Positions 24,701 through 38,440 of a stretch of 64,000 bases of DNA are shown piece after piece. This DNA is from Cyanophora paradoxa CCMP329. Its lineage: Eukaryota > Plantae > Glaucophyta. Position 1 is the first letter of the stretch; the number at the start of each line of letters is the position of its first letter. The position numbers and the translations under genes are program-made. Under the pieces are notes generated by a model. It saw only the letters and a program-made list of their open reading frames with translations, was not told where the DNA came from and ran no database searches. The stretch lies in the NCBI GenBank assembly GCA_004431415.1, contig QPMI01000053.1, forward strand, positions 30,863 to 94,862. Direction: 5' to 3'.

Positions 24701-27700
24701 CCGTTGGGGATGTTGAACAAGGTCGCATTGTGTTCCCCGAACCTGCTATCTTGAGGCCAAAGATGCTCTGGACGGGCAAGCAAGTTGTGTCGACGGTTCT
24801 GTGTCATCTGGCTGCAAGAATGAAACTTCCCCCCTTGAACCTCGAAGCTGGGACAAAAATCTCGGCTTCAGCCTGGAAGGGGTTTCCCGAAGAAGCAAGA
24901 GTTGTTATCCGGCAAGGCGAGCTGTGCACAGGTGTGCTGGACAAGAACGCGTTTGGAGCTTCAGAGCACGGTTTGGTGGGTCCTGCAGCCCCCAGTTTTG
25001 AAGGTCTCTCCATCCATGTGTCTTATCATTGCACAGGTGCACGCATGGTTCGAGGTGTACGGTTCTGCTGCAGCAGGGAAGCTCCTCACAATTCTCTGCA
25101 GACTCTTCATGCACTACCTCCAGGTCAGCTTCTATCCTCACTACTGCCTTTTTAATGTCTGAACGCGATGTTCCTCTTCAGTATGCGGGTTTCACATGTG
25201 GGATTGACGATCTCGTGATCAACTCTGCTGCTGGTGAGTGGGCTCCTCGATTCTTTAATTCAACTCTGCGAACTGTTTTCATTGCCGTAGATCGATCCCG
25301 TGTCAAGGCTCTTCGAGGCACAGCACGTGCAGGAATTCTGGCCGCAAACAGGCTCATGCAAACGCTAGAGGGTCCGAACCAGAGGTCGACTGCAGATGCA
25401 GAGATTTCAGTGGTGACTGAAGGGATGATTTCTGAAGTGCAGTCAAACCTTAAGCAGGTACAGAACCATCCCGCTTGCTTCCCTTCAGAATTTCTTACCT
25501 TTGGTTCTTCTTGGGCAGGCAATGAAACGAGTTGGGCTTGAGCAGTCTGCACCGCTTCTGGATTCCCTCATGAAGCAACAGATATCATCTATCACTTCGC
25601 AGGTGCTTGAAATAATCACCTCCAAGAAGCAGATTCAGATATCCATAACTTAGCTTGCCAGGTGATGCGGTCTTGCTTGGAGGCCGATGATGGTCCTCTG
25701 AAACGCTTCCCAAACAACAACATGACCCTGATGACCACGTCTGGAGCAAAGGGCTCCGTTGTCAACGCATCACAGATCTCATGTCTTCTTGGACAGCAAG
25801 AACTGGAAGGCCGGCGTGTGCCAATTATGCCTTCTGGCAAGACTCTTCCATGTTTCGATCCTTTCAGCCCGGAGCCAAGAGCTGGTGGGTTTATCGGAGA
25901 TCGTTTCTTGACTGGAATCCATCCTCAGGTGCTGCTTTCTTGCACTTTTTCGAAGTCTATCAAGATAACACCCTCCACATCATTTACAGGAGTACTACTT
26001 TCATTGCATGGCTGGACGGGAGGGGCTTGTCGATACTGCCGTCAAGACATCACGCTCAGGGTGCGTTGTACCAACAATGCTGCAGGCATTGGTTAACATG
26101 TTCCTTGCAGGTATCTCCAGAGGTGTGTCATTAAAAGCCTGGAGTCCCTTCAAGTGCAGTACGATGGAACTGTAAGCATATCTCGAGTGGCTGTTACGTG
26201 GAGCTCATTTGTGAGCAGGTTCGTGACGGAGATGGAACTGTCGTCCAGTTCGTATACGGGGAAGATGCCTTGGATGTCACCAAGGCGTCATTCGTGAACA
26301 AATTTTCATTTCTGCTTAACAACACCTCCGCAAAGGCAAGCACGTACATTGCAATTCAAAAGCACAGTCGTGTGGTAATCATAGCTGTGCAGCAACTCAA
26401 GCCATCGCCAAAGTCGAAAGGAGGTGCCCGAATTACCACAGAAAGTGATCTCGCATGGACAGAGGAGCAGGTGTGCTTCGAGATTTATCTCGGACATTTA
26501 TTCGTGTTGACGGTTCTCAGGTTGCACAAGACGATTTTGTTGAGAGCTGGGCGTCACAGCTCGGGCAGGATCTCTCAGCCTGCTCACCGAAATTCCACCA
26601 ACTGCTCTCCGATTATCTGGACAGCGATCCGGAAAGGTTGCTGGTGCGAGCCATGTTTTCTCCACACTGTCTTGGTTGCTCAGCTTTTTCTGGTAGCGGA
26701 AGAACGGTGGACGATTCAGCAGGAATTCTGCTCTCAGAGCAGTCTTGAGGCGTTATCAGCGAGCTCTAGCTGAACCGGGCGAAGTTGTTGGAGTCTTGGC
26801 TGCACAATCGATTGGTGAACCATCAACCCAGGCATGACCCCTCCCTCTCTTGGAAGACAGCACTGCGCACTGGATTTTGCAGATGAGAACGTTTATCGGC
26901 GCAGATGACTTTGAACACGTTCCATCAAGCTGGTGTGGGAGCAGCAAATGTGACCCTTGGTACTCGATTGCCTGCATCTTCCAAGCTTCAATCGCTTAAG
27001 CGCAAATGTGCAGGTATACCTCGCCTCCGAGAAATCATGATGACTGCAAGCGAAAACATTGGCACTCCTGCAATGACTTTACACCTCGTTCGGGGAGCTA
27101 AGGGGGCGGATGCTGAAGCACTCGCACGGTAACGACATCTCAGAACCAATTGTTGGCCTTTGACACCATACAATAACAGGAAACTGGGGCGTGTGCACCT
27201 GTCGGACGTCGTCGAGCAGGTCATCATCACTGAACAGGTTCACATATTTTTCGTGTTCATCTGCCGGCTTGCCTGATGCAGGTTGTAAGGTGGAGAGCGC
27301 AAAATCCGGGGAGAGGTCACGTTTGTATCGGATCAAGCTGCAGCTGGGGAATCCGGAAGCTAATGGGCTCTGGCTAGGTGTGTCATACAAACAGATTGTG
27401 ACATCTGTGAAGGTAAGCCCTCAATCTGGTGTATTTTGAGCGTCAACTTATTGTCATCATTGCAGGAAGCCTTCTTCCCGCGGCTCTGTGGCATGATAAA
27501 GCGGGAGTTGAAGGTTCAGGGGCGTGACGGGGGTGATTTTGGTGTTTCTGTGTCGTCCTCGCGATCGCGCCATCATGCTGCATCGAATCACGATGAGGTA
27601 CTCGGAGGCCAACACCGTCCAATTGCATTGAAGAATGGGCAGTTGACTGTGCTGTGCAGGCAGGAGAGTCTGCTGCGAATTCTGTTAAAAAGTACCAGGA

Positions 27701-29058
27701 TGATGACCGGGAAGAAGAAGACGATGATAACGGGATGTGGGCATCAAAAAACCGAGGTCCGAGGCTGCAATGATCGCAGCAGAAGCTCCTCTAATGCATG
27801 AACAGGACGTCGCAATGTCAGCTACGATGACCCAGATGAAAAGGAGCAGCGTATCCAAAAGTCAGCAATGCGGAAGGATGCATTGGATGGTTCCGATGAC
27901 GAGAATGACGAGCGCCCATTGGATCATGCAGTGAACGAAGTTGTTGAGGACACGGAAGAAGAACCTATCGCAGGAGATGCTGTTTCCGAGGGGGCACAGG
28001 TTGATTCCGATGAGGAAGTGCCCATGCGCAAGCAGAAGCCGTCGAGGAATAGCAAGGCTTCATCGGTCCGAGATGGTTCTTCCATGTTATTCGCTGCTTC
28101 ATTGACTCGCTTGTTGCAGGCTGATCGGGCATCCTCTTTGGAGACAGCGGCAACGAAGGGGCTCAAGAACCTGGCAGCCACCATGTGCTCTTCAGAGGAT
28201 GTCCCCCTTGTCCTCGATCCCAAATCTCACTGGATTGAAATTCGGTCGATCAAGGTGTGTGTGGCTCTTTCATCATAGATGGACTCCGTCATGCATCGTT
28301 TACCTGAGCCACTGTCGTTTCCAGGTTCCAGTTAAAGCGAAGCGATTGGCCATGGTGTCTCTCGCCGAGCATGCCTGCGGATTGACGCTGGTGCAAGAGA
28401 CAGAAGGCATCAAGAAGTGCCATGTGATTGCAAACCCTTCCAACAAGGACGAGGTTGCTGTTCAAACAGAGGGTGTCAACTTCGAAGTGCTTTGGGAGTA
28501 TGCCAAATTTGTCGATTGCGCTCGAGTGGACAGCAATGATATTGCCGCCATCTTGCATTTCTATGGTAAGAGTTTGGGATATCGGTCACCATTTTGCCCT
28601 CATTGAACCGATTCAGGTGTCGAAGCAGCACGAGCAGCTATCGTGAAGGAGATTCGTGGTGTCTTCCAGGTGTACGGAATTGTGGTGGACATGCGCCACT
28701 TGTCGCTCATTGCCGACTATATGGTCTGCTTTTTTTCCCTTCCCTGAATCGGTCACTCTTATCTATATGCAGACACTTGGTGGCGCCTTCACGCCTTTCA
28801 GTCGGATGGGGATGGCGCGGAATCCTTCACCGCTACTGAAGATGTCCTTCGAGACCACCACTCAATTCCTGATGGATGCCGCACTGTGAGTTTTTTGCAT
28901 AAAATCTGCCATTTCCAGACTGAGAATGGAGCTTTTGTTCCGCCAGAACTGGAGACTATGATGACTTGTCCACTCCTGCTTCCAGGATAGTCATCGGACG
29001 AGTTCCGCCAGGGGGCACTGGCAGCTTTGACCTGCTTTCCGCGAAGGTCAAGAATTAG
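21711..29058 (+). CDS. RPA1: RNA polymerase I largest subunit, many short introns
   Basis: [31 protein letters not shown]|[38 protein letters not shown]…[22 protein letters not shown]. Confidence 0.97.
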
Positions 29059-29104
29059 GACTGCGTGTGCTGTGGGTGGTGTGAATGCCATGGCTGTGCT
29101 TATC

Positions 29105-29195
29105 GCGTTTGGACACGTACTAAAAATGCAGGTCCGGGCTACAAGTGTGGGATGTACACTGCGGCCACTGTAGCCGCGGGCCCAGCCCACCGGGG
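29105..29195 (+). mobile_element. Repeat family B copy (partner inverted copy at 29730-29799)
   Basis: GCGTTTGGACACGTACTAAAA…ggctacaagtgtgggatgtacactgcggcc. Confidence 0.8.
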
Positions 29196-29799
29196 GGAAA
29201 CCATTGAACAGCTGGGCCGGCAACAGCGAGGGTCGCACCTCAGTCTGATTTGCATTAGCACATCCGTACAACAATGAAGTCGTAATGTCGACCATACCCT
29301 CATGATCACGTGCACTGAAAACCGCGAGGGCCGCACCTTCCGGATCCTATCTGTCGGTCCATATGTCCAGCCCAGATTGTCGTCGGTCGCGTCTGAAATG
29401 CGAATAGCCCAAGCATACTATGATACGTATACATGTACCAGATGGTATATATACGTAGCACGGATCTGCATACGTAGCCGCGGCGCATATTCATGTAGGC
29501 GATCGTTGTACCCCGAAGCGGCCAAAAGAAACTTGGAAGTGCCTGGGAGTGTATGTAAGCTGTGCAGCTACATTACGAGAACGATCCCACAGCCGAGAAG
29601 AGCGGTGAGTGCCGAGCCGAATAGTCCGAATAGTTCTTTAGCGTGTGCATTTTTGCGCGACACGGGATGTTTGCACGGCACGCCCTTATTTAGCTACGCG
29701 CTAGAGCTCAAGAGCCGAACCCTAAGCTCGCTGGTGGGCTGGGCCCGCGGCCGCGGCGGCGCAGTGCACATCCCACACTTTAAGTACGTGTCCAAATGC

Positions 29800-30077
29800 G
29801 AACCGCGCAAGCATACGCGGGAGCAGCTGCCAGTGGCACACAGCTTAGCAAAGCTGTTTGATGAGCTCCTAACGCGCAAGAAGGGCGCAAGCTTAAATGC
29901 ACGGGCGTGCAGGTTCAGCTCAAGAGCCGAAGATAGTCGAGTAAGAGCCTTCACGACTAAGAGCCCTCCGCGGTTATAGATCGCGCCCTTTTTATTTGCA
30001 GTCATCAAGCAGCTTTGCTAAGCTGTATGCCACTGCCAGCTGCTGCTTAACTAGCCGCGCGTATGCTTGCGCGGTTC
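29800..30077. mobile_element. MITE-like element with ~65-bp imperfect inverted repeats
   Basis: GAACCGCGCAAGCATACGCG…CAGCTTAGCAAAGCTG…TGATGA is the reverse complement of 30002-30077. Confidence 0.65.
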
Positions 30078-30147
30078 TAGCTAAGCTGCGTGCCGCAGGC
30101 AGCTGCGAAACGGGCAGCGCCACCGGGCAGTTCATTTGATTCAAGCT

Positions 30148-30698
30148 ATGGAATCAGCAGCGACGTGGGAAAGGCCAAGGGCACAGCGACGGGTCGTCGG
30201 TAACGAGGGAACGTCGATTTTGAGGAGGCCACAGAACCAAAGGAAGGACCCGAAAGCGAGCGCGGGGGGTTTCTGGATGAATGAACGTCTTTACGGGAAG
30301 CCTGATCCGAACCCGTTGTCCGGCACAACCGAATACAAAGATTCGATCAGGGGGTCGGTTCTTATTGAAGTACAAATCGAAATCGTACCCGGTTTGTCTG
30401 ACTTCCCTGGTTTCTCGTAGGGGAGCCCTTCCTGATCGCCGTGACCCTGCAAATTTGGGGCTCTGTGTGCATCCAGTTTTGGAGCCCTTGCCCCCGGAGA
30501 TTCCAGCAAATGCCCCGAGTGGCGCCAATGCGTTCTTCACAACAAGCTACAGGGTCAGCACACGATATAGCTTTCATTTGTGCTAATTTTAATTTGATTT
30601 CATAGATGGACTTCGGCCGTGGTGGTTCTTATCTGACGAAGGAAGAGAATGACGTTTTTGGAAGGAGCGTAAAAAATGCGTACTCAACGCCAAAATAG
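30148..30698 (+). CDS. Small hypothetical protein (3 exons), possibly a ciliary microtubule-inner protein
   Basis: Open across two GT-AG introns. TTEYKDS and TTSYRMDF resemble the T-T-x-Y-x-x-D/F repeats of MAP6/SAXO-type proteins (inference). Confidence 0.55.
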
Positions 30699-30744
30699 GT
30701 CACCTATATGCCGAGCTGTATTCACGGTTGAAGGCAACTAGCTC

Positions 30745-32338
30745 GCATTTGGACACGTACTAAAACGCAGGTCCGGGCTACAAGTGTGGGAATGTACACT
30801 GCGGCCGCCGCGGCCGCGGGCCCAGCCCACCAGGGAGCTGGCCGGCCAGGCCCTGCATGGCCTTCGAAGGGAGTAATGCCATGATGCGCCTCCCCACGGA
30901 CACTGTGGCTAGCTAGAGCTACAGGTGCCCGCATGCACGGCGTGGTGCTGCATCGCGTCTTGAGGCGGCGGGGGTCGTTCTCGGGGCGGTGGCGGGAGCC
31001 CCTACGGGCCCCGGGGGGGGCCCGACATGGAGTCAGCCTGCGGTCGGCGCCGGGGGGGGGGCGCGTCATGAGCCCTGATGAGAAGATTGATGCAGCTGAA
31101 AAGCGGTGTGCCTGCACGCCCCGCCACTAGCTATATAGCCTCCTTACAGTGCAGCTAGAAGCTTTACTGGCCCAGCCTGACTCAAAAGTTCGGACCTCCC
31201 GAGTCCAAGGCTTGGGCGTGTCTTATACATACTCTTCTTCTTCCCGAGTCCAAGGCCTTGGGGTCCTTCAAGGCTTCGCCTTTGTGCCTTGGGCCTTCGG
31301 GTCCTTCGCCTTTCGTCAAAACCGCACGGCCCGCTTGGGTGTCACACACACGGTGTGTCTTATACATACTCTTCTTCTTCTTCTTCCGAGTCCAAGGCTG
31401 GACTGAGGAGATCCGAGGTAGTGAGAGGAGCAGGCACTCACAGGCTAGGCCTAGGCTCTGGATCTCTGACCTAGGCTAGGCTCCGAGGCTCGCGGCCCTG
31501 AATCGAAATTGTAATCCGATCGATGATCCAATATTAATGATCATCAGATCGACTTTGCGAATCATTGAATGGCCCGGCCCAGCCGCAGGGCCCGGGCCCG
31601 GTACTGGTGGCACTGCGGCAGTGGAATCTGGAGCGCCAGGCCCTGGGGGTCACATGGGTCAACGCATATAATCCAACCGTTGAATTTCGGAACCTCAGAC
31701 CGTCGGACGTGCAATTGCACTTAATAATTTACTACTAAGTTAAGCTCAATTCCGCCAAACCTCGTCCAACCCTCTGTCCAACGAAGTCCGACTACACTAC
31801 TAGGCTAGTACTTTGAACTAACCCTGATCGCAACGAGGGCAACGAGGGGATGCAGGTGCGGGATCCGGAGCCCCACTTGACCCTGAATTCAAGAAGGACT
31901 GGCGAAGTCAAATTCGAAGCCAGCCTGAAGCCGAGACAACCCCCACCGCCACAAGACGCGATGCAGCACCACGCCGTGCGGGCACATGTAGCTATAGCTA
32001 GCTATATAGCTAGAGTGTTCATGTCCGACGGTCCGCAGGGAGGCGCGCGCATTACTTGATCTCCTTAGGGGGCCACGCAGGGCCCGGCCCGGAATCAGAC
32101 TCTGAGAGTTACTAAGTTAACGTTGCGATTACGACGTCCAACTTTCGACGCATCCTGATCCGCTACGGCACGGGCGTGGACGCGAAGCGCCTGCTCAGCT
32201 CGTAGCTAGCTAGGCTCCGATTCCCTTTTTTCCATCAGGGCACCAGTCCCTGCGGGTTACGCTCTCACCCAAACAGCACGGGTACAGTTAAAGCGCTGAG
32301 GTAGGAGGTCCGGCCGCGCCCGTAGCTTAGAAAGAGCA
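30745..32338 (+). mobile_element. Composite element: family B end … mosaic cargo … Fanzor omegaRNA end (copy 7, ~32083-32338)
   Basis: Starts GCA|TTTGGACACG and ends AGAAAGA|GCA. Contains FKBP fragments at ~31068-31147 and ~31850-31927. Confidence 0.7.
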
Positions 32339-32454
32339 TACTGAGCACATAATAAGAACACGCAAGACCGACGCCTGCTTCTGATTTCTGTACACTGAGA
32401 GCAACTGCAGGCCGCAGCACAGCCTGGCGATTTGATTGGATCTAGACTGCCCGC

Positions 32455-35400
32455 CTACGCAGCAGCGATGGCGTTGTCCTCCAGCGCCTGGGCCTTGTCG
32501 AAAGCCTCGATCTCTGCTGCGTCCGCCTCCTCCTCTGCTCGCAGCCGGATCTCCCGCTTCTTCACCTCTGCGAGGCCGTGAGGCGGGGCCGGGGGTTTGG
32601 GTGGGTGGGCGGGTGGGTGGGTGGGGGGGGGGGGGGGGGGGGGGGAGGGGGGGGGGGGGGGGCGGCGGTGGAGGGGAGGGGAGGGCGTGGGCATGATCCA
32701 GCCCGCACCGATCTCGCGGTCGATCTTGGCGAGGGCATCCGGGTCGAAGCTCGGGCGGCGCCCCGCCTTGTCCACGCCGGCGAGCTTCTTGGCCATTTCG
32801 TAGCGGCTCAGCGCGCACTCGGCCCGCAGGCGGTGCATAGCCAGCTTCTCGGCCTGCAGGGCCTGCTCCGTCAGGATCCGCCGCCGCCGCTCCCGCGCCA
32901 TGATCTCTGCCACCCGCCGCATCTCATCTCCCACCGTCGACACCTGCGCCGCATCAGAACCGAACACGGTCGAGCGAGCGACGGGAGAGAGGGCGGACCT
33001 TGGCGTCGAGGCGACCGGAGAGGCGCCGCTCGCCCGCCAGCTCGACGGCCATCGCTCGCTTCTCCTCCGCCTCCTCCGCCGCCCGCTTCTCCAGCGCCCC
33101 GCAGTGCAGCCGCAGCGCCGCCAGCTCCGCCCGCAGCCGGGCCGCCTCCTTGTCCCCCGCCGCGGCCGCTGCCCGCAACTGCGCCTCCGCGTGCTTCGCC
33201 TCGTCGATCGTGCGCCGCGTCGCGCCGTGCGCGTCCCTCTCGACCCGCAGCGCCTCCTCCGCCCGCAGCCGCGCCGCCTCCTCGCCGCCCGCGTGCCGCT
33301 CCGCCGCCGCGCGCGCCGCGTCTGCCGCCTTGGCCGCCCCCTCCGCCGCCTCCCGCCGCTCCCGCTCGGCGTGCAGGGCGGCCTTGGCCGCCCGCAGCTC
33401 GTCCGCGAGCGCGTTCTTACCGCCCTGCGCCTGCAGCCGCGCCTCCTCCTCTCGCCGCCGCTTCTCCTCCGCCCGCACCGCGTCCTCGGAGCGGGCGCGA
33501 AGGGCCTCGGCGAGGGCGGCCTTCTCGGCGCGCTCGGCCTGCAGCGCGTAGGAGAGGCGGTAGGCCTCGAGACGGGCCTTGCCGAGGGCCTCCTCGGCCG
33601 CGTCCCGCTGCAGGTCGAGGCGCTCCCGCTGCGCCCGCTTCTTCTCCGCCTCACGCCGATCCGCCACCGCCGGCCGCGAGTAGTGCGACTCCAGCCGCAG
33701 CTCGATCCGGTCCATCACCGCACTCGACCGCGCGCTGCTCCCCAGTGACCTGCGGGGGCGTCAGGGGGAGCCGGAGAGCTCCTTCCGGAGGGAGGGCGCG
33801 CCAGGTCGAGGAGACGACCGAGGGGGCGCTCTGGCGGCGCTTCGGGATCGGACCGTCGATCGAGTGGCGCGCCGCTGCGGGCCCGTCGACTCCTGCCCCC
33901 TACAGGAAAACCAGGGACGCGCACGCGCGTCGAAGCGGAGGGCCTTGCGCCCCAGCTTGGGCGAGGAGGCGCGGGCGTGCTTGGGCGAGCCCGCCGGCTC
34001 GCTCGCCGCGTCCCCGCGCCGCTCCCCCGTCGCGAGCGCGTTCTCGGCTGCCCCCCGCCAGTCAGCCCCCGGCCGAAGAGCGCCGCAGAATGGGCGGCGC
34101 ACGGTCGTCGAAGCCGAAGCGGAGGGCCTTGCGGGCGGCCTTGGGCGACGAGGGGGCGGCGGCAACCTCCCCGCCGGTCCCGTGGCCGCCCAAGAGGACG
34201 GCGAGGGTCGGCAGGGGGGCCGAGGCGCCCTCCTGCGACTCGTCCGCCTTGGGCTCCCCGCGGGGGACGGCCGCCGAGGGCTCGGAGGCCTCGGCCGCCC
34301 CCACGAGGAGGGGCTCCTCTGCCTCGACGGCCAGCGTCGCCGCGGAGCCCTCCACGGTCAAAGTTGGGGAGGCCTCGGCCTCAACCCGCTCCGAGACCTG
34401 AGGGAAGACTCAGAGGCCGTCCGGGCTGCACAAGGAACAGCGGGGCACCTTGATGAAGAGGGCGGAGGGTGAGCAGAGGGGCGCGGCGGCCTCGGTCTCC
34501 TCCGAAACCTGAGGGAAAGAGTTACAAAGCGAGAAGCCTCCATACAGAGCCGATGAGCACCTTGGAGAAGAGGACAGAGGGGGAGCAGAGGGGCACGGCG
34601 GCCTTGGCCTCCTCCGAAACCTTCCGAAACGAATCAGAGGCTTGGCTGCATCCAAGGCAGAACCGAGGGTACCTTGGAGAAGAGGACGGAGGGGGGGCAG
34701 AGCTCGAGGGGTCCCTCGCGAGCGACTCCGGCCTTAGCCTCGGCTCCGGCCTGCAGAAAAGCGTCAGATACCGCCGGACGCGCGGAAAGAACAGAGGCGT
34801 ACCTTGGAGAAGAGGACGGAGGGGGAGCAGAGGAGACCCCTGGAGTCCTGGTCTTGCCCGTCCTCGGGCTCGGGCTCGTCTTCTGCAGAGGGCTCGGTGC
34901 CGCCCGCAGAGAAAGCGTAATGAAGGCCGGAGCGGACCCTCGAGGTCATCGGCGCCGGCGTCGAGGACGAAGCTGACGGTGCGAACCGAGGCTAGAGTCC
35001 CCGCCCGCAGCAGCTGCGCGCAGGCCTCCTTGCGCATCCCCTCCCCCTCCTCCTCGTCGTCGAGGCTGGCAAAGGAGACGGCGGGTGCCAGCGCGGGGCC
35101 CGCAGATTCCGGGGCCGCGAGGAGCTCCGAGGCCGACAGGGGCGACGGCTCGGGCAGCTCGAAGGTTCCGAAGAGGTGGTCGAGGCCCGGTTCGATCGTG
35201 GGCTCCCCGAGCGACTCGGCTGCCTCGCTCGGCTCGGCCTCGGGCCGCTCGGCGGCGGGGGCCTTCACGTCGTTCGCTGGACTGGAAGTCTCCGAGGCCG
35301 CTGCGATCCCTTGGGCGATCTTCGGCTCCCGACCGAGATCCTCCTCATTGTTCGAATTATCCAACTCCCCGAGGGCGCCGAAGAAGGTCTCGCCGAGCTC

Positions 35401-35666
35401 GACCTCGGGCCACGCCTGCTTCGGCGAGCTCTCGCTCTCCGCTGCGGGAGCGTGAGTCGACGAGCGGAGAGAAGGGGCTGGTCGAGCGGCGCACGGGGCG
35501 GGGGCGGGAAATCGGGCTTCTTAAGCTCGGCCTTGCTTGGGCGCGGCGACTCGGGCTCCGAAGCGTCGACGGAAGACGCCATCGAAGGCGACTTCACCAA
35601 AGAGCGCTCGTCGTCCGAGATGGAGGAGAAGCACTGGGACGCACACGTCAGCAAGGCAGGCACCAC
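32455..35666 (-). CDS. Large low-complexity / coiled-coil protein, multi-exon
   Basis: Long Ala/Glu/Arg heptad ORF (32954-33718), GC3-biased codons and repeated exons upstream. Start uncertain. Confidence 0.65.
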
Positions 35667-36432
35667 GCCTCGGCGGTCGGCGCACCTTGAAGTTCAGGGC
35701 GCAACCGGGTGCTCCGCGCATGAGTCAAAGGCGCGGCGTGCCTGGCGATAGAGACGGGCGACAATAGCGCTACCAGTGAGCACTCAGAGGGAGGCTTGGG
35801 CGGGTGCCGAGCAGATCTAGTGCCGCGGATCGAAGCTGCAGCTGATGGTCGAGCTGCCGAGAGCGTACAGACTGCGCGGGAGCCGCTGCAGCGGCGGGCT
35901 GGACTCTGCGAATCTGCGGGCTTAGCTGTGCAAGTGCGAGGACAGTGCGTGTGAGGGCGACGCGAGCTGCGGGCTTAGCTGTGTGAATCTGCGAGTGGGG
36001 TGGCGGCTGCTGGCAGAGGGTGGAGGGCGCCGTCGACAGCGCAGGGCATGCCACGTGCAATGAGGGGCTGAAGAGGCCAGGGTGTCACATTTCTAAAGGG
36101 ACTGAAGGACTGAAGGGGCTGAGCTGGAGCTGAGCTGGGAGGGGGGGGGGGGGGGAGGGGGGGGTGGAGAGGAGAGGGGGGGGGGCGTGCAACTTTCGGG
36201 TGCAGTGACAAGCGTAAGTCTGTGTACCCCACAGGTAAGGTCCGACGCACAAGGTCCGCAGGTTTCTTCTTTCTCGCCTCCCCCAGCCCGGGATCTGTGA
36301 GTGCTGCCTTCCCCGTGAACTCTGAACACCTTATCGTCCAATTCCGAAGCTCCAGTCCCGTTTCCAGTGTCACCCAGTCACTTGAATTTGTCGCGCCTCG
36401 AAGCTCCCGTGACTCGGAATTCCTCAGAAGCC

Positions 36433-37063
<631 letters not shown>

Positions 37064-37935
37064 AGCCTCGCCCAACAGAGCGCTTGCGTGGATGCGCGAA
37101 ACTGTGTACAGCTTAGATATTAGGAACCGCATGTCGGAACGTGTGCCGTGGAAAGAAAGTCGAATGTGCTCATGCATCCATTGCTACCTCGGGGCCTAAT
37201 CGTAATCATAATCAAAAGACGCCCAACCCCTCGTGGCCTAACTTGAAGTAATCGTAATCGTAATCAAAGACGCAATCAAAGACGTCAAAGATCGTAATCG
37301 TTATCAAAGATCTAGATGTCCAAACCCTCAGGGCCTGCTGTTAGTACTCGTAATCATCATCAAAGACACCCAACTTAGCAACCGGAGCCTCATGCCCACT
37401 AGGTAGCAAGGGGGCCACATGCCATGATGTACATGTAAACAGGTGCAGCCCGGAGCCTTCGAATTCGATGCATATGCATGCGCAGGGCTCGTCCGCAGCA
37501 GCCGGACAGCTCGCGCTCTGGTGGGCTGGGCGGCCACTGGGCCAGGCCTGCAGCTGGGCCCACTGGGCCACGGCCATAGCCCCAATTGCCCCTGTTCATG
37601 AAGGCTGAAGGATTGGCTTTAATCCATTGCTACCCCGCATTTATATATATATATACAAGTGTGGGATGTACACTGCGGCCGCCGGGCTGGCCGCGCCATG
37701 GCTATCATAGTAGTATAGCTAGCGCTGGACTACGGGACTCTGCCGCAGTGCCTTCGTCAGTGAGTTCGACAAACGAGACAGGCAGACTCTTGAGCTCAAC
37801 TTAGCAAAACGCTCGTCGACAGACGGCCTCGGCCCCTCCGTTTCAGTCCGATTTCACGGTATCGGCTTTGGAATTCATCCCCGATGGGGAAAAATGCTTG
37901 ACGCTGCTAAGAAAAAAGGATTCCAGCAGGGCCTA

Positions 37936-38440
37936 TAACTATAACGTTTGTAACTATCATAGTATAACTATAACTATAACGAGGATAGCAAGTGCGGCAA
38001 CAAGCTGCCCCAAGGGCCTCTCTCAGGCCCCACACTTCCTAGACTCATGTGGTCGGTCTCTCCATCACTTGCTGCGTGGGTAGCACTCCTGGCTCTCGCG
38101 AAAGAAGGTCCTGTTGCCCCCGCGGCCGAGGATTCTAATTTCGTCCAACTTTCGTCCAGTTGCGATTACGATCCCCCAACTAGGCCTGGGGCCGGCTCGC
38201 CCTCCCAGCGCCGCCCGATCGCGATCGTAATCGTACTCTCTCAGGAGCATCTTCATCCGCTACGGCACGGGCGTGGACGCGAAGCGCCTGCTCGGCTCGT
38301 AGCTAGCTAGGCTCCGATCCCCTTTTTCCCCATCAGGGCACCAGTCCCTGCGGGTTACGCTCTCACTCACCCAAACAGCACGGGTACAGTTAAAGCGCTG
38401 TAGGTAGGAGGTCCGGCGCGCCCGTCGCTTAGAAAGAGCA
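37936..38440 (+). mobile_element. Mosaic insertion ending in Fanzor omegaRNA (copy 8)
   Basis: Direct repeat AGCAGGGCCTA at 37925-37935 and 38437-38447. Includes a ~100-bp copy of ~46994-47094. Confidence 0.9.

Noticed and set aside
32623-32665. Long poly-G/poly-C tracts (also 36140, 45371, 55575) as functional G4 elements
   Set aside because: Homopolymer lengths are unreliable and there is no further supporting pattern.
32578-34401. 607-aa plus-strand ORF and other long Arg/Pro/Ala ORFs
   Set aside because: Antisense shadows of GC-rich minus-strand coding sequence.
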